Source of the DNA: Nemertoderma westbladi
Lineage: Eukaryota; Animalia; Xenacoelomorpha
Length of the DNA: 64,000 bases
Assembly (NCBI GenBank): GCA_032718475.1
Contig: JAUCBJ010009045.1
Coordinates: 48,228 to 112,227, forward strand
Direction of reading: 5' to 3'
Position 1 is the stretch's first letter, and each line of letters begins with the position of its first letter. The notes under the pieces were generated by a model that was not told the origin of the DNA, made no database searches, and saw only the letters and a list, made by a program, of their open reading frames with translations. Positions 38,213 through 50,374 of the stretch are shown here, in pieces. The position numbers and the translations under genes were made by a program.

Positions 38213-39123
38213 CACCATGTCCCAGAATATAGTGTCGTAATTCAGTGACACGGCCCTCCCCCCTAATTTTTCTACAAATCTTAATGAGATTGCATGCAAT
38301 TTGAAACAGAGATAGTTTCACCTCCCGACCACTGACTGGGTGAGCCAGAAATTTTATTTTGGCTTGCAATCTTTAGCTACAAGCGCTTAAAAAAAGTGTC
38401 TCCAGCGATATTACACCAGTTACACCGCAGTTATTCTTCTATTATTTACCGACCTATTCTGTTTGTTGGTACCAATGGAAAGCTGGTTATGCAAGGATTC
38501 CAAATATGTAACACAATTTGAATTTCGTTGAAAAATAGCTGAGATATGAGCGTTCAAATGTTGCATGGTTATGCACCGGCGCGAGGCTATTTTATTCTAT
38601 TTAATAAATAAACCATATTCTGGAACATTTTTTAAATATATGAATAGCTACATAATAGTATGATTAAAGATGTAATGCATTGTTGCCCAGCTACGTATTT
38701 TGATAAACAAAATATTCCAGATTATGATGTATTTATTTAATAGAATAAAGTAGCCTCGCATAGGTGCATAACCATGCAAAATTTGAACGACCATATCTCA
38801 GCTATTTTTCAACGAAATTCAAATTATGTTACATATTTGGAATCCTTGTACCGTCAGCTTTCTATCAGTACCAACAAATCACTATAAGGTTGAAGAATAA
38901 CTACGGTGTAACTGGTGTAATATCGCTGGAGACACTTTTTTTAAACGCTTGTAGCTTAAGATTGAAAGCAAAAGTAAAAATTCTGGCACACCCAGTCAGT
39001 GGTCGGGAGGTGAAACTATCTCTGTTTCAAATTTCATGCAATCTCATTAAGATTTTAAAAAAATTAGGGGGGGGGGGGGGGGGCGTGTCACTGAATTATG
39101 ACACTATATTCTGGGACATGGTG
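38213..39123. mobile_element. Palindromic MITE (~910 bp), TA TSD, Tc1/mariner-type
   Basis: ta|caccatgtcccagaatatagtgtc ... gacactatattctgggacatggtg|ta with ~400-bp inverted arms. Related copies at 28148-30612 and ~49706-49890. Confidence 0.92.
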
Positions 39124-39320
39124 TATAAATATGTCTGGAGATGTTGGATATTTATTTTGAAATAATTGTTATTTTATTGAGCAACAAGTTTCCTACGCGT
39201 GAGGAGCCCAGCAACAAGTCGAGGAAACAAGTATTCAGAAACAAGTTGCAGCAACAAGTTTCCCTCCCACGTGTGAGGGGTTCAGCAATAAGTTACAAAG
39301 ACAAATTGATCCGTGTGAGG

Positions 39321-40408
39321 TAGGGATGCGACAGAGCTAAAATTTCATCCTGAGCCGGAGCCCGGAGGTTCCTCCGGGTTACAATATGAGCTCCGGCCGG
39401 AGAAGGAGCCGGAGGTTTGGTGATTGATAATTCAAGTGTATTATTATAGTAGACAGACAGATATGTGGTCATGAGACAGGGGGGGGGGGGGGGGGGATTT
39501 GATGCAAATTCTTACTCGGCGAATTAATATCTCGCCTCAGTGTCAAATTATCAATTAAGGGAAATTAGCAGTTTACGGTTGCATGCTATTCTAATCAAAA
39601 CAATAAACTATATTCAATAGAACAGGTTACAGTTTTATTTTTGGGAGTAATCAGCAGATATTTGCGTCGATTTTCTCCTGGAGAGGAATGCATTTTGATT
39701 GCGTCCAAAGACTCCCTTATCTGGTGTTCAATGGGCTAAAATATACTGTAATGTTTTAGACTTTTCAGTTCACACTCATTACGCAAACTCATATTTATCT
39801 CTTATGACTAGCAGACTAGACTATCAGTAACTTCGGTTTGTTGTCAACTTATCATAGACACTATTTTTATGGGACATTGTGTAATTAATTTCGAGTAGTT
39901 TGTGCAGTTTTCAGTATATTGTCATTGATAAACGATAAAACATGTACCACCCACCTTATGTACGTAGGCTGGCATAAACCGGATATCTAAAATAATATTA
40001 GTAATTTGGATATATCACAACTGTTTAGAGGGTCCTAGTTTAGGGGGTCAGTGGAATGGGGGTTTTCTAGACTGACGAACGAAACGATAGTACAGTACCT
40101 GTATTTAAGATTTTTTAATTAGGGAAGAATATTAATTGTTGAATTAACTGAATCATTTCCAATGTTTTTGTTCAAACATTTAAACAATTTCACAAGGGGG
40201 AGGGGCGTTATCTGGAAATTACTTAATGAGTTATTATGTTAATTACTATGATATTTACATTATTCATACTGTACATCAGAAAAACTTATTATTTTAATTC
40301 GAATCTAAACAACATAAGCTCCGGATTGGCTCCGGGTTAATTTGCCCGGAGCCGGAACCAGAAACTTGGCCCGGAGCTCCGGATTTCCGGAGCCCTGTCG
40401 CATCCCTA
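39321..40408. mobile_element. Non-autonomous hAT-type transposon with 8-bp TSD
   Basis: gtgtgagg|tagggatgcgacag ... ctgtcgcatcccta|gtgtgagg: perfect 14-bp TIR, TAGGG termini, subterminal ccggag repeats at both ends. Confidence 0.93.
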
Positions 40409-40963
40409 GTGTGAGGAAGGACTTACTGCACAGTTCATCCTCAGTGATACGACAAACAGACAGACATACGTGGACGGAAATTTTAAAAACTGGGAATATT
40501 TTTATAAGCACTGGTATATTCTTCAATAAAATATACTTAACATACTGTACATTAATTAGATTCAGAAATTATTCAGCTGCGTTTCCGTTTATAACAAAAA
40601 ACTTGGTATTACTTGGTTTAAAACCGATGTAGTACAAAATCCCCTAAATCTTGTAGTTTTAACATGAAATTTATAATGTGTGTTGAAAAGATAAGAGTAT
40701 CGTCCTCGTCCATTAGCAGGAGCACTTGCATGTCTCCTAAAAAACCGTCAGTACTGACTCATCGTGTAAAATCATCGACACCAAACGGAATGTACATACA
40801 AAACAAAAAGGGGCCATTGTGCCACCACCCCCCCCCCCCCAAAAAAAAAAAAAGAAGCTACACAAAATGAGAAAGAAAGTTGCAAATTTTACGTGTTTAA
40901 ATATTAAAAAATGTAGATGTATTTATAAAAGAACTACGTGATTTGAGTGAACCAAGAGTTTGA

Positions 40964-42018
40964 GCTGCTGAGTTTACATAGCATCATCTAACACTGGGAC
41001 CTAGGGTGCTGCTGAGTTTACATAGCATCATCTAACACTGGGACCTAGGGTGCTGCTGAGTTTACATAGCATCATCTAACACTGGGACCTAGGGTGCTGC
41101 TGAGTTTACATAGCATCATCTAACACTGGGACCTAGGGTGCTGCTGAGTTTACATAGCATCATCTAACACTGGGACCTAGGGTGCTGCTGAGTTTACATA
41201 GCATATCTAACACTGGGACCTAGGGTGCTGCTGAGTTTACATAGCATATCTAACACTGGGACCTAGGGTGCTGCTGAGTTTACATAGCATCATCTAACAC
41301 TGGGACCTAGGGTGCTGCTGAGTTTACATAGCATTATATAACACTGGGACCTAGGGTGCTGCTGAGTTTACATAGCATCATCTAACACTGGGACCTAGGG
41401 TGCTGCTGAGTTTACATAGCATCATATAAGACTGGGACCTAGGGTGCTGCTGAGTTTACATAGCATTATCTAACGCTGGGACCTAGGGTGCTGCTGAGTT
41501 TACATAGCATCATCTAACACTGGGACCTAGGGTGCTGCTGAGTTTACATAGCATCATCTAACACTGGGACCTAGGGTGCTGCTGAGTTTACATAGCATCA
41601 TATAACACTGGGACCTAGGGTGCTGCTGAGTTTACATAGCATCATATAACACTGGGACCTAGGGTGCTGCTGAGTTTACATAGCATCATCTAACACTGGG
41701 ACCTAGGGTGCTGCTGAGTTTACATAGCATTATCTAACGCTGGGACCTAGGGTGCTGCTGAGTTTACATAGCATTATATAACACTGGGACCTATGGTGCT
41801 GCTGAGTTTACATAGCATTATATAACACTGGGCTGGGACCTAGGGTGCTGCTGAGTTTACATAGCATTATATAACACTGGGACCTAGGGTGCTGTTGAGT
41901 TTACATAGCATTATATAACACTGGGCTGGGACCTAGGGTGCTGCTGAGTTTACATAGCATCATAGCTGATGATTCACACTGGGTCCTAGGGGTGCTGCTG
42001 AGTTTACATAGCATCATC
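40964..42018. repeat. 44-bp tandem array, ~23 copies (gctgctgagtttacatagcatcatctaacactgggacctagggt)
   Basis: Directly visible, with divergence increasing toward the right end. Confidence 0.97.
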
Positions 42019-42921
42019 ATTTTACTGAATTCAATAATATAGATTACTCCACATTGTTAATTCGCATATATCATGGATCTTCAAAACAAATTTCGTCATA
42101 ACTTGGTAAAAAATGATCATAAAGATCCCAATTTGGTATCAAAATGACCCACCCCCTTTTACAGAGGAATACAATTCTACAATATACAGAAATTCGAACA
42201 TTTGAACTTAAGGGCCCTTTCTTTGGTCACTGACACTGACACATATTTATATTTTATTGAAAATAAAATAACTAATTCGCTTTATGAGCTTTGGATGCAT
42301 AATATTTGACCTCACCCACTCAGCAAATTATACATTGAGTTGGTGTTACCGGAAAGTGAAGCTTTATTTAATTTCATCAATAAATATTTAATTCTGATAT
42401 TCATCTACCCATGTACCGACGTACGTATTGTATTTTGTACAGTACTAAAGTTGGGTTGCCATTTATAGCAAGCGCTTCGCAATTCCCAGTTACCTTGTCT
42501 GACTACGGCTGGCCTTTCTCTGATCTATATACTGTACCCTATATATTACATATGTAATTTCCAATTAAAACAATATTATGGCAAATAAAATAAATAAAAT
42601 AATAAATATGAGGTAAAATACTGTATTTAAAATTATTTATAAAAATTGCAATGCATTTCAAACTTAAAGTTATCTTCAGGCAAATTATAGAATTATCACA
42701 TATTACATATTTACATATGTAATATATACTGTACTATGGCCTATACTGTAAGTACAAGCACCTGTTCTAAATTGTTTATGTAAAGTAACTAAGTAGTATT
42801 ATAAAGATTTTCTTTCATAACAATTTCCTCAGCCTCGGGTTTTCCCAATTATTAGACAGATTTGGTGGACTTATAAACAGTGTGAAACACTTACAGAACA
42901 AAAAGAGTGAAATTCATACAC

Positions 42922-45900
42922 AACTTCCTCTGTACATCCTTACCTGAAGCGCTGTTAGGTTTAATGTTGTTAACTTCCTCTGTACATCCTTACCTGAAGC
43001 GCTGTTAGGTTTAATGTTGTTAACTTCCTCTGTACATCCTTACCTGAAGCGCTGTTAGGTTTAATGTTGTTAACTTCCTCTGTACATCCTTACCTGAAGC
43101 GCTGTTAGGTTTAATGTTGTTAACTTCCTCTGTACATCCTTACCTGAAGCGCTGTTAGGTTTAATGTTGTTAACTTCCTCTGTACATCCTTACCTGAAGT
43201 GCTGTTAGGTTTAATGTTGTTAACTTCCTCTGTACATCCTTACCTGAAGCGCTGTTAGGTTTAATGTTGTTAACTTCCTCTGTACATCCTTACCTGAAGC
43301 GCTGTTAGGTTTAATGTTGTTAACTTCCTCTGTACATCCTTACCTGAAGCGCTGTTAGGTTTAATGTTGTTAACTTCCTCTGTACATCCTTACCTGAAGC
43401 GCTGTTAGGTTTAATGTTGTTAACTTCCTCTGTACATCCTTACCTGAAGCGCTGTTAGGTTTAATGTTGTTAACTTCCTCTGTACATCCTTATCTGAAGC
43501 GCTGTTAGGTTTAATGTTGTTAACTTCCTCTGTACATCCTTACCTGAAGCGCTGTTAGGTTTAATGTTGTTAACTTCCTCTGTACATCCTTACCTGAAGC
43601 GCTGTTAGGTTTAATGTTGTTAACTTCCTCTGTACATCCTTACCTGAAGCGCTGTTAGGTTTAATGTTGTTAACTTCCTCTGTACATCCTTACCTGAAGC
43701 GCTGTTAGATTTAATGTTGTTAACTTCCTCTGTACATCCTTACCTGAAGCGCTGTTAGGTTTAATGTTGTTAACTTCCTCTGTACATCATTACCTGAAGC
43801 GCTGTTAGGTTTAATGTTGTTAACTTCCTCTGTACATCCTTACCTGAAGCGCTGTTAGGTTTAATGTTGTTAACTTCCTCTGTACATCCTTACCTGAAGC
43901 GCTGTTAGGTTTAATGTTGTTAACTTCCTCTGTACATCCTTACCTGAAGCGCTGTTAGGTTTAATGTTGTTAACTTCCTCTGTACATCCTTACCTGAAGC
44001 GCTGTTAGGTTTAATGTTGTTAACTTCCTCTGTACATCATTACCTGAAGCGCTGTTAGGTTTAATGTTGTTAACTTCCTCTGTGCATCCTTACCTGAAGC
44101 GCTGTTAGGTTTAATGTTGTTAACTTCCTCTGTACATCCTTACCTGAAGCGCTGTTAGGTTTAATGTTGTTAACTTCCTCTGTACATCCTTACCTGAAGC
44201 GCTGTTAGGTTTAATGTTGTTAACTTCCTCTGTACATCCTTACCTGAAGCGCTGTTAGGTTTAATGTTGTTAACTTCCTCTGTACATCCTTACCTGAAGC
44301 GCTGTTAGGTTTAATGTTGTTAACTTCCTCTGTACATCCTTACCTGAAGCGCTGTTAGGTTTAATGTTGTTAACTTCCTCTGTACATCCTTACCTGAAGT
44401 GCTGTTAGGTTTAATGTTGTTAACTTCCTCTGTACATCCTTACCTGAAGCGCTGTTAGGTTTAATGTTGTTAACTTCCTCTGTACATCCTTACCTGAAGC
44501 GCTGTTAGGTTTAATGTTGTTAACTTCCTCTGTACATCCTTACCTGAAGCGCTGTTAGGTTTAATGTTGTTAACTTCCTCTGTACATCCTTACCTGAAGC
44601 GCTGTTAGGTTTAATGTTGTTAACTTCCTCTGTACATCCTTACCTGAAGCGCTGTTAGGTTTAATGTTGTTAACTTCCTCTGTACATCCTTACCTGAAGC
44701 GCTGTTAGGTTTAATGTTGTTAACTTCCTCTGTACATCCTTACCTGAAGCGCTGTTAGGTTTAATGTTGTTAACTTCCTCTGTACATCCTTACCTGAAGC
44801 GCTGTTAGGTTTAATGTTGTTAACTTCCTCTGTACATCCTTACCTGAAGCGCTGTTAGGTTTAATGTTGTTAACTTCCTCTGTACATCCTTACCTGAAGC
44901 GCTGTTAGATTTAATGTTGTTAACTTCCTCTGTACATCCTTACCTGAAGCGCTGTTAGGTTTAATGTTGTTAACTTCCTCTGTACATCATTACCTGAAGC
45001 GCTGTTAGGTTTAATGTTGTTAACTTCCTCTGTACATCCTTACCTGAAGCGCTGTTAGGTTTAATGTTGTTAACTTCCTCTGTACATCCTTACCTGAAGC
45101 GCTGTTAGGTTTAATGTTGTTAACTTCCTCTGTACATCCTTACCTGAAGCGCTGTTAGGTTTAATGTTGTTAACTTCCTCTGTACATCCTTACCTGAAGC
45201 GCTGTTAGGTTTAATGTTGTTAACTTCCTCTGTACATCCTTACCTGAAGCGCTGTTAGGTTTAATGTTGTTAACTTCCTCTGTACATCCTTACCTGAAGC
45301 GCTGTTAGGTTTAATGTTGTTAACTTCCTCTGTACATCCTTACCTGAAGCGCTGTTAGGTTTAATGTTGTTAACTTCCTCTGTACATCCTTACCTGAAGC
45401 GCTGTTAGGTTTAATGTTGTTAACTTCCTCTGTACATCCTTACCTGAAGCGCTGTTAGGTTTAATGTTGTTAACTTCCTCTGTACATCCTTACCTGAAGC
45501 GCTGTTAGGTTTAATGTTGTTAACTTCCTCTGTACATCCTTACCTGAAGCGCTGTTAGGTTTAATGTTGTTAACTTCCTCTGTACATCCTTACCTGAAGC
45601 GCTGTTAGGTTTAATGTTGTTAACTTCCTCTGTACATCCTTACCTGAAGCGCTGTTAGGTTTAATGTTGTTAACTTCCTCTGTACATCCTTACCTGAAGC
45701 GCTGTTAGGTTTAATGTTGTTAACTTCCTCTGTACATCCTTACCTGAAGCGCTGTTAGGTTTAATGTTGTTAACTTCCTCTGTACATCCTTACCTGAAGC
45801 GCTGTTAGGTTTAATGTTGTTAACTTCCTCTGTACATCCTTACCTGAAGCGCTGTTAGGTTTAATGTTGTTAACTTCCTCTGTACATCCTTACCTGAAGC

Positions 45901-48900
45901 GCTGTTAGGTTTAATGTTGTTAACTTCCTCTGTACATCCTTACCTGAAGCGCTGTTAGGTTTAATGTTGTTAACTTCCTCTGTACATCCTTACCTGAAGC
46001 GCTGTTAGGTTTAATGTTGTTAACTTCCTCTGTACATCCTTACCTGAAGCGCTGTTAGGTTTAATGTTGTTAACTTCCTCTGTACATCCTTACCTGAAGC
46101 GCTGTTAGGTTTAATGTTGTTAACTTCCTCTGTACATCCTTACCTGAAGCGCTGTTAGGTTTAATGTTGTTAACTTCCTCTGTACATCCTTACCTGAAGC
46201 GCTGTTAGGTTTAATGTTGTTAACTTCCTCTGTACATCCTTACCTGAAGCGCTGTTAGGTTTAATGTTGTTAACTTCCTCTGTACATCCTTACCTGAAGC
46301 GCTGTTAGGTTTAATGTTGTTAACTTCCTCTGTACATCCTTACCTGAAGCGCTGTTAGGTTTAATGTTGTTAACTTCCTCTGTACATCCTTACCTGAAGC
46401 GCTGTTAGGTTTAATGTTGTTAACTTCCTCTGTACATCCTTACCTGAAGCGCTGTTAGGTTTAATGTTGTTAACTTCCTCTGTACATCCTTACCTGAAGC
46501 GCTGTTAGGTTTAATGTTGTTAACTTCCTCTGTACATCCTTACCTGAAGCGCTGTTAGGTTTAATGTTGTTAACTTCCTCTGTACATCCTTACCTGAAGC
46601 GCTGTTAGGTTTAATGTTGTTAACTTCCTCTGTACATCCTTACCTGAAGCGCTGTTAGGTTTAATGTTGTTAACTTCCTCTGTACATCCTTACCTGAAGC
46701 GCTGTTAGGTTTAATGTTGTTAACTTCCTCTGTACATCCTTACCTGAAGCGCTGTTAGGTTTAATGTTGTTAACTTCCTCTGTACATCCTTACCTGAAGC
46801 GCTGTTAGGTTTAATGTTGTTAACTTCCTCTGTACATCCTTACCTGAAGCGCTGTTAGGTTTAATGTTGTTAACTTCCTCTGTACATCCTTACCTGAAGC
46901 GCTGTTAGGTTTAATGTTGTTAACTTCCTCTGTACATCCTTACCTGAAGCGCTGTTAGGTTTAATGTTGTTAACTTCCTCTGTACATCCTTACCTGAAGC
47001 GCTGTTAGGTTTAATGTTGTTAACTTCCTCTGTACATCCTTACCTGAAGCGCTGTTAGGTTTAATGTTGTTAACTTCCTCTGTACATCCTTACCTGAAGC
47101 GCTGTTAGGTTTAATGTTGTTAACTTCCTCTGTACATCCTTACCTGAAGCGCTGTTAGGTTTAATGTTGTTAACTTCCTCTGTACATCCTTACCTGAAGC
47201 GCTGTTAGGTTTAATGTTGTTAACTTCCTCTGTACATCCTTACCTGAAGCGCTGTTAGGTTTAATGTTGTTAACTTCCTCTGTACATCCTTACCTGAAGC
47301 GCTGTTAGGTTTAATGTTGTTAACTTCCTCTGTACATCCTTACCTGAAGCGCTGTTAGGTTTAATGTTGTTAACTTCCTCTGTACATCCTTACCTGAAGC
47401 GCTGTTAGGTTTAATGTTGTTAACTTCCTCTGTACATCCTTACCTGAAGCGCTGTTAGGTTTAATGTTGTTAACTTCCTCTGTACATCCTTACCTGAAGC
47501 GCTGTTAGGTTTAATGTTGTTAACTTCCTCTGTACATCCTTACCTGAAGCGCTGTTAGGTTTAATGTTGTTAACTTCCTCTGTACATCCTTACCTGAAGC
47601 GCTGTTAGGTTTAATGTTGTTAACTTCCTCTGTACATCCTTACCTGAAGCGCTGTTAGGTTTAATGTTGTTAACTTCCTCTGTACATCCTTACCTGAAGC
47701 GCTGTTAGGTTTAATGTTGTTAACTTCCTCTGTACATCCTTACCTGAAGCGCTGTTAGGTTTAATGTTGTTAACTTCCTCTGTACATCCTTACCTGAAGC
47801 GCTGTTAGGTTTAATGTTGTTAACTTCCTCTGTACATCCTTACCTGAAGCGCTGTTAGGTTTAATGTTGTTAACTTCCTCTGTACATCCTTACCTGAAGC
47901 GCTGTTAGGTTTAATGTTGTTAACTTCCTCTGTACATCCTTACCTGAAGCGCTGTTAGGTTTAATGTTGTTAACTTCCTCTGTACATCCTTACCTGAAGC
48001 GCTGTTAGGTTTAATGTTGTTAACTTCCTCTGTACATCCTTACCTGAAGCGCTGTTAGGTTTAATGTTGTTAACTTCCTCTGTACATCCTTACCTGAAGC
48101 GCTGTTAGGTTTAATGTTGTTAACTTCCTCTGTACATCCTTACCTGAAGCGCTGTTAGGTTTAATGTTGTTAACTTCCTCTGTACATCCTTACCTGAAGC
48201 GCTGTTAGGTTTAATGTTGTTAACTTCCTCTGTACATCCTTACCTGAAGCGCTGTTAGGTTTAATGTTGTTAACTTCCTCTGTACATCCTTACCTGAAGC
48301 GCTGTTAGGTTTAATGTTGTTAACTTCCTCTGTACATCCTTACCTGAAGCGCTGTTAGGTTTAATGTTGTTAACTTCCTCTGTACATCCTTACCTGAAGC
48401 GCTGTTAGGTTTAATGTTGTTAACTTCCTCTGTACATCCTTACCTGAAGCGCTGTTAGGTTTAATGTTGTTAACTTCCTCTGTACATCCTTACCTGAAGC
48501 GCTGTTAGGTTTAATGTTGTTAACTTCCTCTGTACATCCTTACCTGAAGCGCTGTTAGGTTTAATGTTGTTAACTTCCTCTGTACATCCTTACCTGAAGC
48601 GCTGTTAGGTTTAATGTTGTTAACTTCCTCTGTACATCCTTACCTGAAGCGCTGTTAGGTTTAATGTTGTTAACTTCCTCTGTACATCCTTACCTGAAGC
48701 GCTGTTAGGTTTAATGTTGTTAACTTCCTCTGTACATCCTTACCTGAAGCGCTGTTAGGTTTAATGTTGTTAACTTCCTCTGTACATCCTTACCTGAAGC
48801 GCTGTTAGGTTTAATGTTGTTAACTTCCTCTGTACATCCTTACCTGAAGCGCTGTTAGGTTTAATGTTGTTAACTTCCTCTGTACATCCTTACCTGAAGC

Positions 48901-48973
48901 GCTGTTAGGTTTAATGTTGTTAACTTCCTCTGTACATCCTTACCTGAAGCGCTGTTAGGTTTAATGTTGTTAA
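42922..48973. repeat. 50-bp tandem array, 121 copies, spanning the exon/intron junction (taacttcctctgtacatccttacctgaagcgctgttaggtttaatgttgt)
   Basis: Exact 50-bp period without indels. The last copy runs directly into the LRR exon. Confidence 0.98.
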
Positions 48974-49410
48974 TGTCGTCGGTAAATTGTCTAGAGAACC
49001 GCCAATAAAAGATTTAGAAAGTTCGTAACAATAGGAGATATCGAGCACCCTTAGCTTGGAGCAGCCAATGCTGATAGCTTGTATTCCTTTGCTGGTAATT
49101 CCATTACCACCCATTCCCCTCAATTCGACGAGATTTGGACATTTCTCAGCCAAAAACTTAAGAGATTCGTCGCCGAACAGTTTTATATTATCCACATTTA
49201 ATGTTAACAAGTTATCCGTTAAACAACTAGCGATACGAATAATACTGGAATCGGTAATCTTCGTGCAGTTACTCAGCGTTAGATGGCGTATCTGTGGATT
49301 CCGTTCAACCACTGCAGTGACTCCTGTGTCTTCTACGTTAATGCAACCACTTATATTTAGATTGGCGAGATGCTTGCTATTCACATTCTTCAATACTTTA
49401 TCCTTTAAAC
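48944..49410 (-). CDS. F-box/LRR-like gene, most 5' visible exon (LKDKVLKNVNSKHLANLNISGCINVEDTGV...LNLTALQ)
   Basis: Cysteine-containing LRRs (IRHLTLSNCTKITDSSI, LRVLDISYCYEL). Donor CAG|gtaagg, phase 0. The 5' boundary is uncertain (candidate aaag|GT at 49410, in-frame TAA at 49424-49426). Confidence 0.88.
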
Positions 49411-49705
49411 CTTTAATTAAATTTTATAGATAATAATCATTTATTAACTCATTAATGATCTGAGGTCTACCATGACCTACTAAATATACGACCATGAAAG
49501 CTTCATTCTACCTACTAAATTTAGTAGGCACACGTCTTTAAATTAATTTTTCATATATTTGAAGGATTTTATAATAAAAGTCTTCTAGAACATTTTTTTT
49601 ATGATTCATTTCAATAGTAAGTATTATAATTTTGAAACAACTTATTTTAATAGCTATTTTTATATATTATTGGTAAATGCCAGTTCCACTTCGTTGGTGC
49701 GTACC

Positions 49706-49890
49706 TACACCATCTCCTGGAAAATTATGTCTTAATTCAGTGACTTGGCCACTAATTATTATTCTACAAATCTTAATGAGATTGCATGAAATTTGAAATA
49801 GATATTGTTTTACCTCTATCATCCATACTGGGTGCGTCAGAATATTTTATTTTTGCTTTCAATCCTTAACTACAAGAGTTTGAAAAGAAG
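49706..49890. mobile_element. Old fragment of the CACCATG MITE family
   Basis: tacaccatctcctgg...taattcagtgac...ttctacaaatcttaatgagattgcatgaaatttgaaa matches 38211-38310. Confidence 0.75.
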
Positions 49891-50374
49891 TATTTTATGG
49901 AGTCTATTTAATTACTATCTATCTAGGACACAGTTTTTGTTACATTCTTTTTTAGAGTGTTCTACAGTAGATTGTTTAGCAATTAAAAGCCTCTAGACAA
50001 TGCTAAAACTGGCCACTTCCGAATGCTAATATTCCACTAGATTTCATTAAGATTCAGAGGGGGGTTTGGTTGCACTAAATTAAGACATAAAAAATATCTT
50101 GTATTTTTAATATTATTTTTAGTTGTTTATAGCTACTGTAGCTAGTATTTTTCCAAGTAGGCCCTATCTATTTTAAATTTATTTAGCTAAATTGAGATTT
50201 TTGGTCGTTTCCCAAACTCCGATTAGATTATATTATATCAAGTTTTTTTGTATGTGATAAATTGGTCTTTCAGTTGACCATAGCTAGTGTTGGTAGTTAT
50301 CATTTTTTTGGTTTATGTTTTTTTATTTCAAAAATTAGGATCTAAAGCTTTAAAAGAAATTACCAAAATCTAAG

